NCBI GenBank assembly: GCA_002189035.1
Contig: NEEC01000012.1
Location: 3,286,001 to 3,350,000, forward strand
Direction: 5' to 3'
Length of the DNA stretch: 64,000 nucleotides
Source: Utricularia gibba
Taxonomy: Eukaryota; Plantae; Magnoliophyta
This document shows positions 34,701 to 49,700 of this stretch, piece by piece. Position numbers and translations under genes: made by a program. Below the pieces are notes generated by a model. The model was not told where the DNA came from, did not search any database, and was given only the letters and a program-made list of their open reading frames with translations. How positions within the stretch are numbered: position 1 is the first letter of the stretch; every line of letters starts with the position of its first letter.

Positions 34701-37700
34701 CTACCCGCAGCCTCATGGTGGCCTCGCACACCGTTCGGTATTCGGCGATATCCTGAAAACCGTGATGAGTCACGCTGCGGCGCATACCGTTATTCGAACC
34801 CTTTCCGTGCCGGTCAGCTTGTGTTGAAAGCATCTTCGTCCGAGGATGCATCAGAGCTCGAATTATCGCCTTATATTAGCCTTCAGATGTGCCACAAATT
34901 GGGCCCCACGTTCGGAGACTACGAGAATCGACGCGATTGTGATTTTCGGTTGCAAAAGATCTGCGTTTTATTGGATGACGTGAAGTATGGGTTTTCGAGG
35001 CGATCTCTGAACAAGCTCTGGGTGTGTCCTACCCGCAGCCTCATGGTGGCCTCGCACACCGTTCGCGTCGATTAAAAAGATGATGTCACGCTGCGCCCGG
35101 CATCCGTTTCGAAGTCATCTTCCGTGTTGAAAGCTTCTTCGTCCGAGGATGCATCAGAGCTCGAATTATCGCCTTATATTAGCCTTCAGATGTGCCACAA
35201 ATTGGCCACCACGTTCGCGACGATGCGACTCGGAACACGAGAATCGACGCGATTGTGATTTTCGCTTGCAAAACATCTGCGTTTTATTGGGTGACGTGAA
35301 GTATGGGTTTTCGAGGCGATCTCTGAACAAGCTCTAGGTGTGTTCCTACCCGCAGCCTCATGGTGGCCTCGCACACCGTTCGGCATCTCGTCGATATCTT
35401 GAAGTGATGAGTCACGCTGCGCCGGCCCGTTTCGAACCCTTTCCCGGTCAGCTTCCGTGTTGAAAGCTTCTTCGTCCGAGGATGCATCAGAGCTCGAATT
35501 TATCGCCTTATTAGCCTTCAGATGTGCCACAAATTGGCCACCACGTTCGCGACGATGCGACTCGGAACACGAGAATCGACGCGATTGTGATTTTCGGCTT
35601 GCAAAACATCTGCGTTTTATTGGATGACGTGAAGTATGGGTTTTCGAGGCGATCTCTGAACAAGCTCTGGGTGTGTTCCCTACCCGCAGCCTCATGGTGG
35701 CCTCGCACACCGTTCGGTATTTCGCGATATCCTGAAAAAGATGAGTCACGCTGCGCCCGGCATACCGTTTCGAACCCCTTTCCGTGCCGGTCAGCTTCCG
35801 TGTTGAAAGCATCTTCGTCCGAGGATGCATCAGAGCTCGAATTATCGCCTTATATTAGCCTTCAGATGTGCCACAAATTGGCCACCACGTTCGCGACGAT
35901 GCGACTCGGAACACGAGAATCGACGCGATTGTGATTTTCGCTTGCAAAACATCTGCGTTTTATTGGGTGACGTGAAGTATGGGTTTTCGAGGCGATCTCT
36001 GAACAAGCTCTGGGTGTGTCCCTACCCGCAGCCTCATGGTGGCCTCGCACACCGTTCGGTATTTCGGCGATATCTGAAACCGTGATGAGTCACGCTGCGC
36101 CGGCATACCGTTTCGAACCCTTTCGTGCCGGTCAGCTTCCGTGTTGAAAGCATCTTCGTCCGAGGATGCATCAGAGCTCGAATTATCGCCTTATATTAGC
36201 CTTCAGATGTGCCACAAATTGGCCACCACGTTCGCGACGATGCGACTCGGAACACGAGAATCGACGCGATTGTGATTTTCGGCTTGCAAAACATCTGCGT
36301 TTTTATTGGTGACGTGAAGTATGGGTTTTCGAGGCGATCTCTGAACAAGCTCTGGGTGTGTCCTACCCGCAGCCTCATGGTGGCCTCGCACACCGTTCGG
36401 CATTCGTCGATATCTGAAATCGTGATGAGTCACGCTGCGCCCGGCATACCGTTTCGAACCCCTTTCCGCCGGTCAGCTTCCGTGTTGAAAGCATCTTCGT
36501 CCGAGGATGCATCAGAGCTCGAATTATCGCCTTATATTAGCCTTCAGATGTGCCACAAATTGGCCACCACGTTCGCGACGATGCGACTCGGAACACGAGA
36601 ATCGACGCGATTGTGATTTTCGGCTTGCAAAACATCTGCGTTTTATTGATGACGTGAAGTATGGGTTTTCGAGGCGATCTCTGAACAAGCTCTGGGTGTG
36701 TCCTACCCGCAGCCTCATGGTGGCCTCGCACACCGTTCGGTATTTCGGCGATATCCTGAAAACCGTGATGAGTCACGCTGCGCCCGGCATACCGTTTCGA
36801 ACCCCTTTCCGTGCCGGTCAGCTTCCGTGTTGAAAGCATCTTCGTCCGAGGATGCATCAGAGCTCGAATTATCGCCTTATATTAGCCTTCAGATGTGCCA
36901 CAAATTGGCCACCACGTTCGCGACGATGAGACTCGGAACACGAGAATCGACGCGATTGTGATTTTCGGCTTGCAAAACATCTGCGTTTTATTGGATGACG
37001 TGAAGTATGGGTTTTCGAGGCGATCTCTGAACAAGCTCTGGGTGTGTCCCTACCCGCAGCCTCATGGTGGCCTCGCACACCGTTCGGTATTCGTCGATAT
37101 CCTGAAACCGTGATGAGTCACGCTGCGCCCGGCATACCGTTTCGAACCCTTTCCGTGCCGGTCAGCTTCCGTGTTGAAAGCTTCTTCGTCCGAGGATGCA
37201 TCAGAGCTCGAATTATCGCCTTATATTAGCCTTCAGATGTGCCACAAATTGGCCACCACGTTCGCGACGATGCGACTCGGAACACGAGAATCGACGCGAT
37301 TGTGATTTTCGCTTGCAAAACATCTGCGTTTTATTGGGTGACGTGAAGTATGGGTTTTCGAGGCGATCTCTGAACAAGCTCTGGGTGTTCCTACCCGCAG
37401 CCTCATGGTGGCCTCGCACACCGTTCGGCATTCGTCGATATCTGAAATCGTGATGAGTCACGCTGCGCCCGGCCACCGTTTCGAACCCCTTTCCGTGCCG
37501 GTCATCCGTGTTGAAAGCTTCTTCGTCCGAGGATGCATCAGAGCTCGAATTATCGCCTTATATTAGCCTTCAGATGTGCCACAAATTGGCCACCACGTTC
37601 GCGACGATGCGACTCGGAACACGAGAATCGACGCGATTGTGATTTTCGGCTTGCAAAACATCTGCGTTTTATTGGGTGACGTGAAGTATGGGTTTTCGAG

Positions 37701-40700
37701 GCGATCTCTGAACAAGCTCTGGGTGTGTCCCTACCCGCAGCCTCATGGTGGCCTCGCACACCGTTCGGCATCTCGTCGATATCTGAAAATGATGAGTCAC
37801 GCTGCGCCCGGCATACCGTTTCGAACCCCTTTCCGTGCCGGTCAGCTTCCGTGTTGAAAGCATCTTCGTCCGAGGATGCATCAGAGCTCGAATTATCGCC
37901 TTATATTAGCCTTCAGATGTGCCACAAATTGGCCACCACGTTCGCGACGATGCGACTCGGAACACGAGAATCGACGCGATTGTGATTTTCGGCTTGCAAA
38001 ACATCTGCGTTTTATTGGGTGACGTGAAGTATGGGTTTTCGAGGCGATCTCTGAACAAGCTCTGGTGTGTCCTACCCGCAGCCTCATGGTGGCCTCGCAC
38101 ACCGTTCGGTATTTCGGATATCCTGAAAACCGTGATGAGTCACGCTGCGCCGGCATACCGTTTCGAACCCCTTTCCGTGCCGGTCAGCTTCCGTGTTGAA
38201 AGCATCTTCGTCCGAGGATGCATCAGAGCTCGAATTATCGCCTTATATTAGCCTTCAGATGTGCCACAAATTGGCCACCACGTTCGCGACGATGCGACTC
38301 GGAACACGAGAATCGACGCGATTGTGATGTTTTTTTTAGGACGTGAAGTATGGTTTTCGAGGCGATCTCTGAACAAGCTCTGGGTGTGTCCCTACCCGCA
38401 GCCTCATGGTGGCCTCGCACACCGTTCGGCATTTCGATATCTTGAAGATCAAGATGAGTCACGCTGCCCGGCATACCGTTTCGAACCCTTTCCGGCCGGT
38501 CAGCTTCCGTGTTGAAAGCTTCTTCGTCCGAGGATGCATCAGAGCTCGAATTATCGCCTTATATTAGCCTTCAGATGTGCCACAAATTGGCCACCACGTT
38601 CGCGACGATGCGACTCGGAACACGAGAATCGACGCGATTGTGATTTTCGCTTGCAAAACATCTGCGTTTTATTGGGTGACGTGAAGTATGGGTTTTCGAG
38701 GCGATCTCTGAACAAGCTCTGGGTGTGTCCCTACCCGCAGCCTCATGGTGGCCTCGCACACCGTTCGGCATCTCGTCGATATCTGAAATCAAGATGAGTC
38801 ACGCTGCGCCCGGCATACCGTTTCGAACCCGTCCCCGTTTCAGCTTCCGTGTTGAAAGCATCTTCGTCCGAGGATGCATCAGAGCTCGAATTATCGCCTT
38901 ATATTAGCCTTCAGATGTGCCAAATTGGCCACCACGTTCGCGACGATGCGACTCGGAACACGAGAATCGACGCGATTGTGATTTTCGGCTTGCAAAACAT
39001 CTGCGTTTTATTGGGTGACGTGAAGTATGGGTTTTCGAGGCGATCTCTGAACAAGCTCTGGGTGTGTCCCTACCCGCAGCCTCATGGTGGCCTCGCACAC
39101 CGTTCGGCATCTCGTCGATATCTGAAATCGTGATGAGTCACGCTGCGCCCGGCATACCGTTTCGAAGCCCTTTCCGTGCCGGTCAGCTTCCGTGTTGAAA
39201 GCTTCTTCGTCCGAGGATGCATCAGAGCTCGAATTATCGCCTTATATTAGCCTTCAGATGTGCCACAAATTGGCCACCACGTTCGCGACGATGACTCGGA
39301 ACACGAGAATCGACGCGATTGTGATTTTCGGCTTGCAAAACATCTGCGTTTTATTGGGTGACGTGAAGTATGGGTTTTCGAGGCGATCTCTGAACAAGCT
39401 CTGGTGTGTCCCTACCCGCAGCCTCATGGTGGCCTCGCACACCGTTCGGCATCTCGTCGATATCTGAAGATCAAGATGAGTCACGCTGCGCCCGGCATAC
39501 CGTTTCGAACCCCTTTCCGTGCCGGTCAGCTTCCGTGTTGAAAGCTTCTTCGTCCGAGGATGCATCAGAGCTCGAATTATCGCCTTATATTAGCCTTCAG
39601 ATGTGCCACAAATTGGCCACCACGTTCGCGACGATGCGACTCGGAACACGAGAATCGACGCGATTGTGATTTTCGGCTTGCAAAACATCTGCGTTTTATT
39701 GGGTGACGTGAAGTATGGGTTTTCGAGGCGATCTCTGAACAAGCTCTGGGTGTGTCCCTACCCGCAGCCTCATGGTGGCCTCGCACACCGTTCGGCATTC
39801 GTCGATATCTGAAATCAAGATGAGTCACGCTGCGCCCGGCATACCGTTTCGAACCCCTTTCCGTGCCGGTCAGCTTCCGTGTTGAAAGCATCTTCGTCCG
39901 AGGATGCATCAGAGCTCGAATTATCGCCTTATATTAGCCTTCAGATGTGCCACAAATTGGCCACCACGTTCGCGACGATGCGACTCGGAACACGAATCGA
40001 CGCGATTGTGATTTTCGCTTGCAAAACATCTGCGTTTTATTGGGTGACGTGAAGTATGGGTTTTCGAGGCGATCTCTGAACAAGCTCTAGGTGTGTTCCT
40101 ACCCGCAGCCTCATGGTGGCCTCGCACACCGTTCGGCATTCGTCGATATCTGAAATCGTGATGAGTCACGCTGCGCCCGGCATACCGTTTCGAACCCTTT
40201 CCGTGCCGGTCAGCTTCCGTGTTGAAAGCTTCTTCGTCCGAGGATGCATCAGAGCTCGAATTATCGCCTTATCTTAGCCTTCAGATGTGCCACAAATTGG
40301 CCACCACGTTCGCGACGATGCGACTCACGAGAATCGACGCGATTGTGATTTTCGGCTTGCAAAACATCTGCGTTTTATTGGGGTGACGTGAAGTATGGGT
40401 TTTCGAGGCGATCTCTGAACAAGCTCTGGGTGTGTCCCTACCCGCAGCCTCATGGTGGCCTCGCACACCGTTCGGTATTCGGCGATATCCTGAAACCGTG
40501 ATGAGTCACGCTGCGCCCGGCATACCGTTTCGAACCCCTTTCCGTGCCGGTCAGCTTCCGTGTTGAAAGCATCTTCGTCCGAGGATGCATCAGAGCTCGA
40601 ATTATCGCCTTATATTAGCCTTCAGATGTGCCACAAATTGGCCACCACGTTCGCGACGATGCGACTCGGAACACGAGAATCGACGCGATGTGATTTTCGC

Positions 40701-43700
40701 TTGCAAAACATCTGCGTTTTATTGGGTGACGTGAAGTATGGGTTTTCGAGGCGATCTCTGAACAAGCTCTGGTGTGTCCCTACCCGCAGCCTCATGGTGG
40801 CCTCGCACACCGTTCGGTATTTCGGCATATCCTGAAAACCGTGATGAGTCACGCTGCGCCGGCATACCGTTTCGAACCCCTTTCCGTGCCGGTCAGCTTC
40901 CGTGTTGAAAGCATCTTCGTCCGAGGATGCATCAGAGCTCGAATTATCGCCTTATATTAGCCTTCAGATGTGCCACAAATTGGCCACCACGTTCGCGACG
41001 ATGACGATTCGGAACACGAGAATCGACGCGATTGTGATTTTCGCTTGCAAAACATCTGCGTTTTATTGGGTGACGTGAAGTATGGGTTTTCGAGGCGATC
41101 TCTGAACAAGCTCTGGGTGTGTCCCTACCCGCAGCCTCATGGTGCTCGCACACCGTTCGGCATTCGTCGATATCTGAAAAAGATGAGTCACGCTGCGCCC
41201 GGCATACCGTTTCGAACCCCTTTCCGTGCCGGTCAGCTTCCGTGTTGAAAGCATCTTCGTCCGAGGATGCATCAGAGCTCGAATTATCGCCTATATTAGC
41301 CTTCAGATGTGCCACAAATTGGCCACCACGTTCGCGACGATGCGACTCGGAACACGAGAATCGACGCGATTGTGATTTTCGCTTGCAAAACATCTGCGTT
41401 TTATTGGGTGACGTGAAGTATGGGTTTTCGAGGCGATCTCTGAACAAGCTCTGGGTGTGTCCCTACCCGCAGCCTCATGGTGGCCTCGCACACCGTTCGG
41501 CATTCTCGTCGATATCTGAAACCGTGATGAGTCACGCTGCGCCCGGCATACCGTTTCGAACCCTTTCCGTGCCGGTCAGCTTCCGTGTTGAAAGCATCTT
41601 CGTCCGAGGATGCATCAGAGCTCGAATTATCGCCTTATCTTAGCCTTCAGATGTGCCACAAATTGGCCACCACGTTCGCGACGATGCGACTCGGAACACG
41701 AGAATCGACGCGATTGTGATTTTCGGCTTGCAAAACATCTGCGTTTTATTGGTGACGTGAAGTATGGGTTTTCGAGGCGATCTCTGAACAAGCTCTGGGT
41801 GTGTCCCTACCCGCAGCCTCATGGTGGCCTCGCACACCGTTCGGTATTCGTCGATATCCTGAAAACCGTGATGAGTCACGCTGCGCCGGCATACCGTTTC
41901 GAACCCCTTTCCGTGCCGGTCAGCTTCCGTGTTGAAAGCATCTTCGTCCGAGGATGCATCAGAGCTCGAATTATCGCCTTATATTAGCCTTCAGATGTGC
42001 CACAAATTGGCCACCACGTTCGCGACGATGCGAGTTTCGGAACACGAGAATCGACGCGATTGTGATTTTCGGCTTGCAAAAGATCTGCGTTTTATTGGAT
42101 GACGTGAAGTATGGGTTTTCGATGCGATCTCTGAACAAGCTCTGGGTGTGTCCCTACCCGCAGCCTCATGGTGGCCTCGCACACCGTTCGGTATTTCGGC
42201 GATATCCTGAAAACCGTGATGAGTCACGCTGCGCCGGCATACCGTTTCGAACCCTTTCCGTGCCGGTCAGCTTCCGTGTTGAAAGCATCTTCGTCCGAGG
42301 ATGCATCAGAGCTCGAATTATCGCCTTATATTAGCCTTCAGATGTGCCACAAATTTGGCCACCACGTTCGCGACGATGCGACTCGGAACACGAGAATCGA
42401 CGCGATTGTGATTTTCGCTTGCAAAACATCTGTTTTATTGGGTGACGTGAAGTATGGGTTTTCGAGGCGATCTCTGAACAAGCTCTAGGTGTGTTCCTAC
42501 CCGCAGCCTCATGGTGGCCTCGCACACCGTTCGGCATTCGTCGATATCTGAAATCAAGATGAGTCACGCTGCGCCCGGCATACCGTTTCGAACCCCTTTC
42601 CGTGCCGGTCAGCTTCCGTGTTGAAAGCATCTTCGTCCGAGGATGCATCAGAGCTCGAATTATCGCCTTATATTAGCCTTCAGATGTGCACAAATTGGCC
42701 ACCACGTTCGCGACGATGCGACTCGGAACACGAATCGACGCGATTGTGATTTTCGCCTTGCAAAACATCTGCGTTTTATTGGTGACGTGAAGTATGGGTT
42801 TTCGGCGATCTCTGAACAAGCTCTAGGTGTGTTCCTACCCGCAGCTCATGGTGGCCTCGCACACCGTTCGGTATTCGTCGATATCCTGAAATCGTGATGA
42901 GTCACGCTGCGCCGGCATACCGTTTCGAACCCCTTTCCGTGCCGGTCAGCTTCCGTGTTGAAAGCATCTTCGTCCGAGGATGCATCAGAGCTCGAATTAT
43001 CGCCTTATATTAGCCTTCAGATGTGCCACAAATTGGCCACCACGTTCGCGACGATGATTCGGAACACGAGAATCGACGCGATTGTGATTTTCGGCTTGCA
43101 AAACATCTGCGTTTTATTGGATGACGTGAAGTATGGGTTTTCGAGGCGATCTCTGAACAAGCTCTGGGTGTGTCCCTACCCGCAGCCTCATGGTGGCCTC
43201 GCACACCGTTCGGTATTTCGGCGATATCCTGAAAACCGTGATGAGTCACGCTGCGCCGGCATACCGTTTCGAACCCCTTTCCGTGCGGTCAGCTTCCGTG
43301 TTGAAAGCATCTTCGTCCGAGGATGCATCAGAGCTCGAATTATCGCCTTATATAGCCTTCAGATGTGCCACAAATTGGCCACCACGTTCGCGACGATGCG
43401 ACTCGGAACACGAGAATCGACGCGATTGTGATTTTCGCTTGCAAAACATCTGCGTTTTATTGGTGACGTGAAGTATGGGTTTTCGAGGCGATCTCTGAAC
43501 AAGCTCTGGGTGTGTCCCTACCCGCAGCCTCATGGTGGCCTCGCACACCGTTCGGCATTTCGTCGATATCTGAAGACATGAGTCACGCTGCGCCGGCATA
43601 CCGTTTCGAACCCTTTCCGTGCCGGTCAGCTTCCGTGTTGAAAGCATCTTCGTCCGAGGATGCATCAGAGCTCGAATTATCGCCTTATATTAGCCTTCAG

Positions 43701-46700
43701 ATGTGCCACAAATTGGCCACCACGTTCGCGACGATGCGACTCGGAACACGAGAATCGACGCGATTGTGATTTTCGCCTTGCAAAACATCTGCGTTTTATT
43801 GGGTGACGTGAAGTATGGGTTTTCGAGGCGATCTCTGAACAAGCTCTGGTGTGTTCCTACCCGCAGCCTCATGGTGGCCTCGCACACCGTTCGGCATTCG
43901 TCGATATCTGAAATCGATGAGTCACGCTGCGCCCGGCATACCGTTTCGAACCCTTTCCGTGCCGGTCAGCTTCCGTGTTGAAAGCATCTTCGTCCGAGGA
44001 TGCATCAGAGCTCGAATTATCGCCTTATATTAGCCTTCAGATGTGCCACAAATTGGCCACCACGTTCGCGACGATGCCCGGAACACGAGAATCGACGCGA
44101 TTGTGATTTTCGGCTTGCAAAACATCTGCGTTTTATTGGTGACGTGAAGTATGGGTTTTCGAGCGATCTCTGAACAAGCTGGGTGTGTCCTACCCGCAGC
44201 CTCATGGTGGCCTCGCACACCGTTCGGTATTTCCGATATCCTGAAAACCGTGATGAGTCACGCTGCGCCGGCATACCGTTTCGAACCCCTTTCCGTGCCG
44301 GTCAGCTTCCGTGTTGAAAGCATCTTCGTCCGAGGATGCATCAGAGCTCGAATTATCGCCTTATATTAGCCTTCAGATGTGCCACAAATTGGCCACCACG
44401 TTCGCGACGATGCGACTCGGAACACGAGAATCGACGCGATTGTGATTTTCGCTTGCAAAACATCTGCGTTTTATTGGTGACGTGAAGTATGGGTTTTCGA
44501 GGCGATCTCTGAACAAGCTCTGGGTGTGTCCCTACCCGCAGCCTCATGGTGGCCTCGCACACCGTTCGGCATCTCGTCGATATCTTGAAACAAGATGAGT
44601 CACGCTGCGCCGGCATACCGTTTCGAACCCTTTCCGTGCCGGTCAGCTTCCGTGTTGAAAGCATCTTCGTCCGAGGATGCATCAGAGCTCGAATTATCGC
44701 CTTATATTAGCCTTCAGATGTGCCACAAATTGGCCACCACGTTCGCGACGATGCCGCTCGACTCACGGTGGCCGACGATCGATTGTGACCGTTTTCGCTT
44801 CATCTCGTCGATATCTGAACATCTGCGATTTTATTGGGTCAGACGTGCCCGGCATACCTTTTTCGGCGATCTCTGAACAAGCGTCAGCTGTTCCTACCCG
44901 CAGCCTCATGGTGGCCTCGCACACCGTTCGGCATCTCGTCGATATCTGAGGATGAAGATCAAGAGAATCACGCTCTTATCGCCGCCTTCAGATGTGCCAC
45001 AAATTGGCCACCACGTTCGCGACGATGCGACTCGGAACACGAGAATCGACGCGATTGTGATTTTCGCGTTGCCGGAACAGCTCTCCGTGTTGATTGGGAC
45101 GTCTTCGTCCGAGGATGCATTTTCGAGGCTCGAATTATCAAGCTCTTATATTAGCCTTCAGATGTGCCACAAATTGGCCACCACGTTCGCGACGATGCGA
45201 CTCGGAACACGAGAATCGACGCGATTGTGATTTTCGCTCTTGCAAAACCGTCTCGGCATTGGGTGACGTCGATATCTTATGAGGTTTTCGAGAGTCTCTG
45301 CTGCAAGCTCGGCATACCGTGTTCCTACCCGCAGCCTCATGCGTGGCCTGCGCTCCACTGTTGAAGCATGCGTCGATATCCTTGATGCAACAAGAGAATC
45401 ACGCTCTTATCGCCCCTTCAGATGTGCCACAAATTGGCCACCACGTTCGCGACGATGCGACTCGGAACACGAGAATCGACGCGATTGTGATTTTCGCCTT
45501 GCAAAATCTGCCGATCAGCTTCCGTGTTGAAGCATGGGTTCGTTCGAGGAGGATGATCAAGAGCTCGAATTATCGCCTTATATTAGCCTTCAGATGTGCC
45601 ACAAATTGGCCACCACGTTCGCGACGATGCGACTCGGAACACGAAATCGCTCGCGATTGTGACACGCGTTCGCAAGCAACATCGCGTTCGATATCCTGAT
45701 GAATGATGTAGTGGTTTTCGAGGCGATCTCTGAACAAGCTCTGGTGTGTCCTACCCGCAGCCTCATGGTGGCCTCGCACACCGTTCGGTATTCGGCGATA
45801 TCTGAAAACCGTGATGAGTCACGCTGCGCCGGCATACCGTTTCGAACCCCTTTCCGTGCCGGTCAGCTTCCGTGTTGAAAGCATCTTCGTCCGAGGATGC
45901 ATCAGAGCTCGAATTATCGCCTTATATTAGCCTTCAGATGTGCCACAAATTGGCCACCACGTTCGCGACGATGCGACTCGGAACACGAGAATCGACGCGA
46001 TTGTGATTTTCGCCTTGCAAAACATCTGCGTTTTATTGGGTGACGTGAAGTATGGGTTTTCGAGGCGATCTCTGAACAAGCTCTGGGTGTGTCCCTACCG
46101 CAGCCTCATGGTGGCCTCGCACACCGTTCGGTATTTCGGCGATATCTGAAAACCGTGATGAGTCACGCTGCGCCCGGCATACCGTTTCGAACCCCTTTCC
46201 GTGCCGGTCAGCTTCCGTGTTGAAAGCATCTTCGTCCGAGGATGCATCAGAGCTCGAATTATCGCCTTATATTAGCCTTCAGATGTGCCACAAATTGGCC
46301 ACCAGTTCGCGACGATGCGACTCGGAACACGAGAATCGACGCGATTGTGATTTTCGCCTTGCAAAACATCTGCGTTTTATTGGATGACGTGAAGTATGGG
46401 TTTTCGAGGCGATCTCTGAACAAGCTCTGGGTGTGTCCCTACCCGCAGCCTCATGGTGGCCTCGCACACCGTTCGGTATTCGGCGATATCTGAAAACCGT
46501 GATGAGTCACGCTGCGCCGGCATACCGTTTCGAACCCCTTTCCGTGCCGGTCAGCTTCCGTGTTGAAAGCATCTTCGTCCGAGGATGCATCAGAGCTCGA
46601 ATTATCGCCTTATATTAGCCTTCAGATGTGCCACAAATTGGCCACCACGTTCGCGACGATGCGACTCGGAACACGAGAATCGACGCGATTGTGATTTTCG

Positions 46701-49700
46701 CTTGCAAAACATCTGCGTTTTATTGGTGACGTGAAGTATGGGTTTTCGAGGCGATCTCTGAACAAGCTCTGGTGTGTCCTACCCGCAGCCTCATGGTGGC
46801 CTCGCACACCGTTCGGTATTCGTCGATATCTGAAATGATGAGTCACGCTGCGCCCGGCATACCGTTTCGAACCCTTTCCGTGCCGGTCAGCTTCCGTGTT
46901 GAAAGCTTCTTCGTCCGAGGATGCATCAGAGCTCGAATTATCGCCTTATCTTAGCCTTCAGATGTGCCACAAATTGGCCACCACGTTCGCGACGATGCGA
47001 CTCGGAACACGAGAATCGACGCGATTGTGATTTTCGCTTGCAAAACATCTGCGTTTTATTGGATGACGTGAAGTATGGGTTTTCGAGGCGATCTCTGAAC
47101 AAGCTCTGGTGTGTCCTACCCGCAGCCTCATGGTGGCCTCGCACACCGTTCGGTATTCGGCGATATCCTGAAATCGTGATGAGTCACGCTGCGGCATACC
47201 GTTTCGAACCCCTTTCCGTGCCGGTCAGCTTCCGTGTTGAAAGCATCTTCGTCCGAGGATGCATCAGAGCTCGAATTATCGCCTTATATTAGCCTTCAGA
47301 TGTGCCACAAATTGGCCACACGTTCGCGACGATGATCGGAACACGAGAATCGACGCGATTGTGATTTTCGGCTTGCAAAAGATCTGCGTTTTATTGGATG
47401 ACGTGAAGTATGGGTTTTCGAGCGATCTCTGAACAAGCTCTGGGTGTGTCCCTACCCGCAGCCTCATGGTGGCCTCGCACACCGTTCGGTATTTCGGCCA
47501 TATCTGAAAACCGTGATGAGTCACGCTGCGCCGGCATACCGTTTCGAACCCCTTTCCGTGCCGGTCAGCTTCCGTGTTGAAAGCTTCTTCGTCCGAGGAT
47601 GCATCAGAGCTCGAATTATCGCCTTATCTTAGCCTTCAGATGTGCCACAAATTGGCCACCACGTTCGCGACGATGCGACTCGGAACACGAGAATCGACGC
47701 GATTGTGATTTTCGGCTTGCAAAACATCTGCGTTTTATTGGGTGACGTGAAGTAATGGTTTTCGAGCGATCTCTGAACAAGCTCTGGGTGTTCCCTACCC
47801 GCAGCCTCATGGTGGCCTCGCACACCGTTCGGCATCTCGTCGATATCTGAAGATCAAGATGAGTCACGCTGCGCCCGGCATACCGTTTCGAACCCTTTCC
47901 GTGCCGGTCAGCTTCCGTGTTGAAAGCTTCTTCGTCCGAGGATGCATCAGAGCTCGAATTATCGCCTTATTTAGCCTTCAGATGTGCCACAAATTGGCCA
48001 CCACGTTCGCGACGATGAGTTTCGGAACACGAGAATCGACGCGATTGTGATTTTCGGCTTGCAAAACATCTGCGTTTTATTGGATGACGTGAAGTATGGG
48101 TTTTCGAGGCGATCTCTGAACAAGCTCTGGGTGTGTCCCTACCCGCAGCCTCATGGTGGCCTCGCACACCGTTCGGCATTTCGGTCGATATCTGAAAAGT
48201 GATGAGTCACGCTGCGCCCGGCATACCGTTTCGAACCCCTTTCCGTGCCGGTCAGCTTCCGTGTTGAAAGCATCTTCGTCCGAGGATGCATCAGAGCTCG
48301 AATTATCGCCTTATATTAGCCTTCAGATGTGCCACAAATTGGCCACCACGTTCGCGACGATGAGTTTCGGAACACGAGAATCGACGCGATTGTGATTTTC
48401 GGCTTGCAAAAGATCTGCGTTTTATTGGATGACGTGAAGTATGGGTTTTCGATGCGATCTCTGAACAAGCTCTGGGTGTGTCCCTACCCGCAGCCTCATG
48501 GTGGCCTCGCACACCGTTCGGTATTTCGGCATATCCTGAAAACCGTGATGAGTCACGCTGCGCCGGCATACCGTTTCGAACCCCTTTCCGTGCCGGTCAG
48601 CTTCCGTGTTGAAAGCATCTTCGTCCGAGGATGCATCAGAGCTCGAATTATCGCCTTATATTAGCCTTCAGATGTGCCACAAATTGGCCACCACGTTCGC
48701 GACGATGCGACTCGGAACACGAGAATCGACGCGATTGTGATTTTCGCCTTGCAAAACATCTGCGTTTATTGGGTGACGTGAAGTATGGGTTTTCGAGGCG
48801 ATCTCTGAAAAGCTCTGGGTGTGTCCTACCCGCAGCCTCATGGTGGCCTCGCACACCGTTCGGCATCTCGTCGATATCTTGAAGATCAAGATGAGTCACG
48901 CTGCGCCCGGCATACCGTTTCGAACCCGTTCCGTGCCGGTCAGCTTCCGTGTTGAAAGCATCTTCGTCCGAGGATGCATCAGAGCTCGAATTATCGCCTT
49001 ATATTAGCCTTCAGATGTGCCACAAATTGGCCACCACGTTCGCGACGATGCGACTCGGAACACGAGAATCGACGCGATTGTGATTTTCGCCTTGCAAAAC
49101 ATCTGCGTTTTATTGGGTGACGTGAAGTATGGGTTTTCGAGGCGATCTCTGAACAAGCTCTGGTGTGTCCTACCCGCAGCCTCATGGTGGCCTCGCACAC
49201 CGTTCGGCATTCGTCGATATCTGAAGATCAAGATGAGTCACGCTGCGCCCGGCATACCGTTTCGAACCCTTTCCGTGCCGGTCAGCTTCCGTGTTGAAAG
49301 CATCTTCGTCCGAGGATGCATCAGAGCTCGAATTATCGCCTTATATTAGCCTTCAGATGTGCCACAAATTGGCCACCACGTTCGCGACGATGCGACTCGG
49401 AACACGAGAATCGACGCGATTGTGATTTTCGCCTTGCAAAACATCTGCGTTTTATTGGGTGACGTGAAGTATGGGTTTTCGAGGCGATCTCTGAACAAGC
49501 TCTGGTGTGTCCTACCCGCAGCCTCATGGTGGCCTCGCACACCGTTCGGTATTCGTCGATATCTTGAAATCAAGATGAGTCACGCTGCGCCCGGCATACC
49601 GTTTCGAACCCCTTTCCGTGCCGGTCAGCTTCCGTGTTGAAAGCATCTTCGTCCGAGGATGCATCAGAGCTCGAATTATCGCCTTATATTAGCCTTCAGA

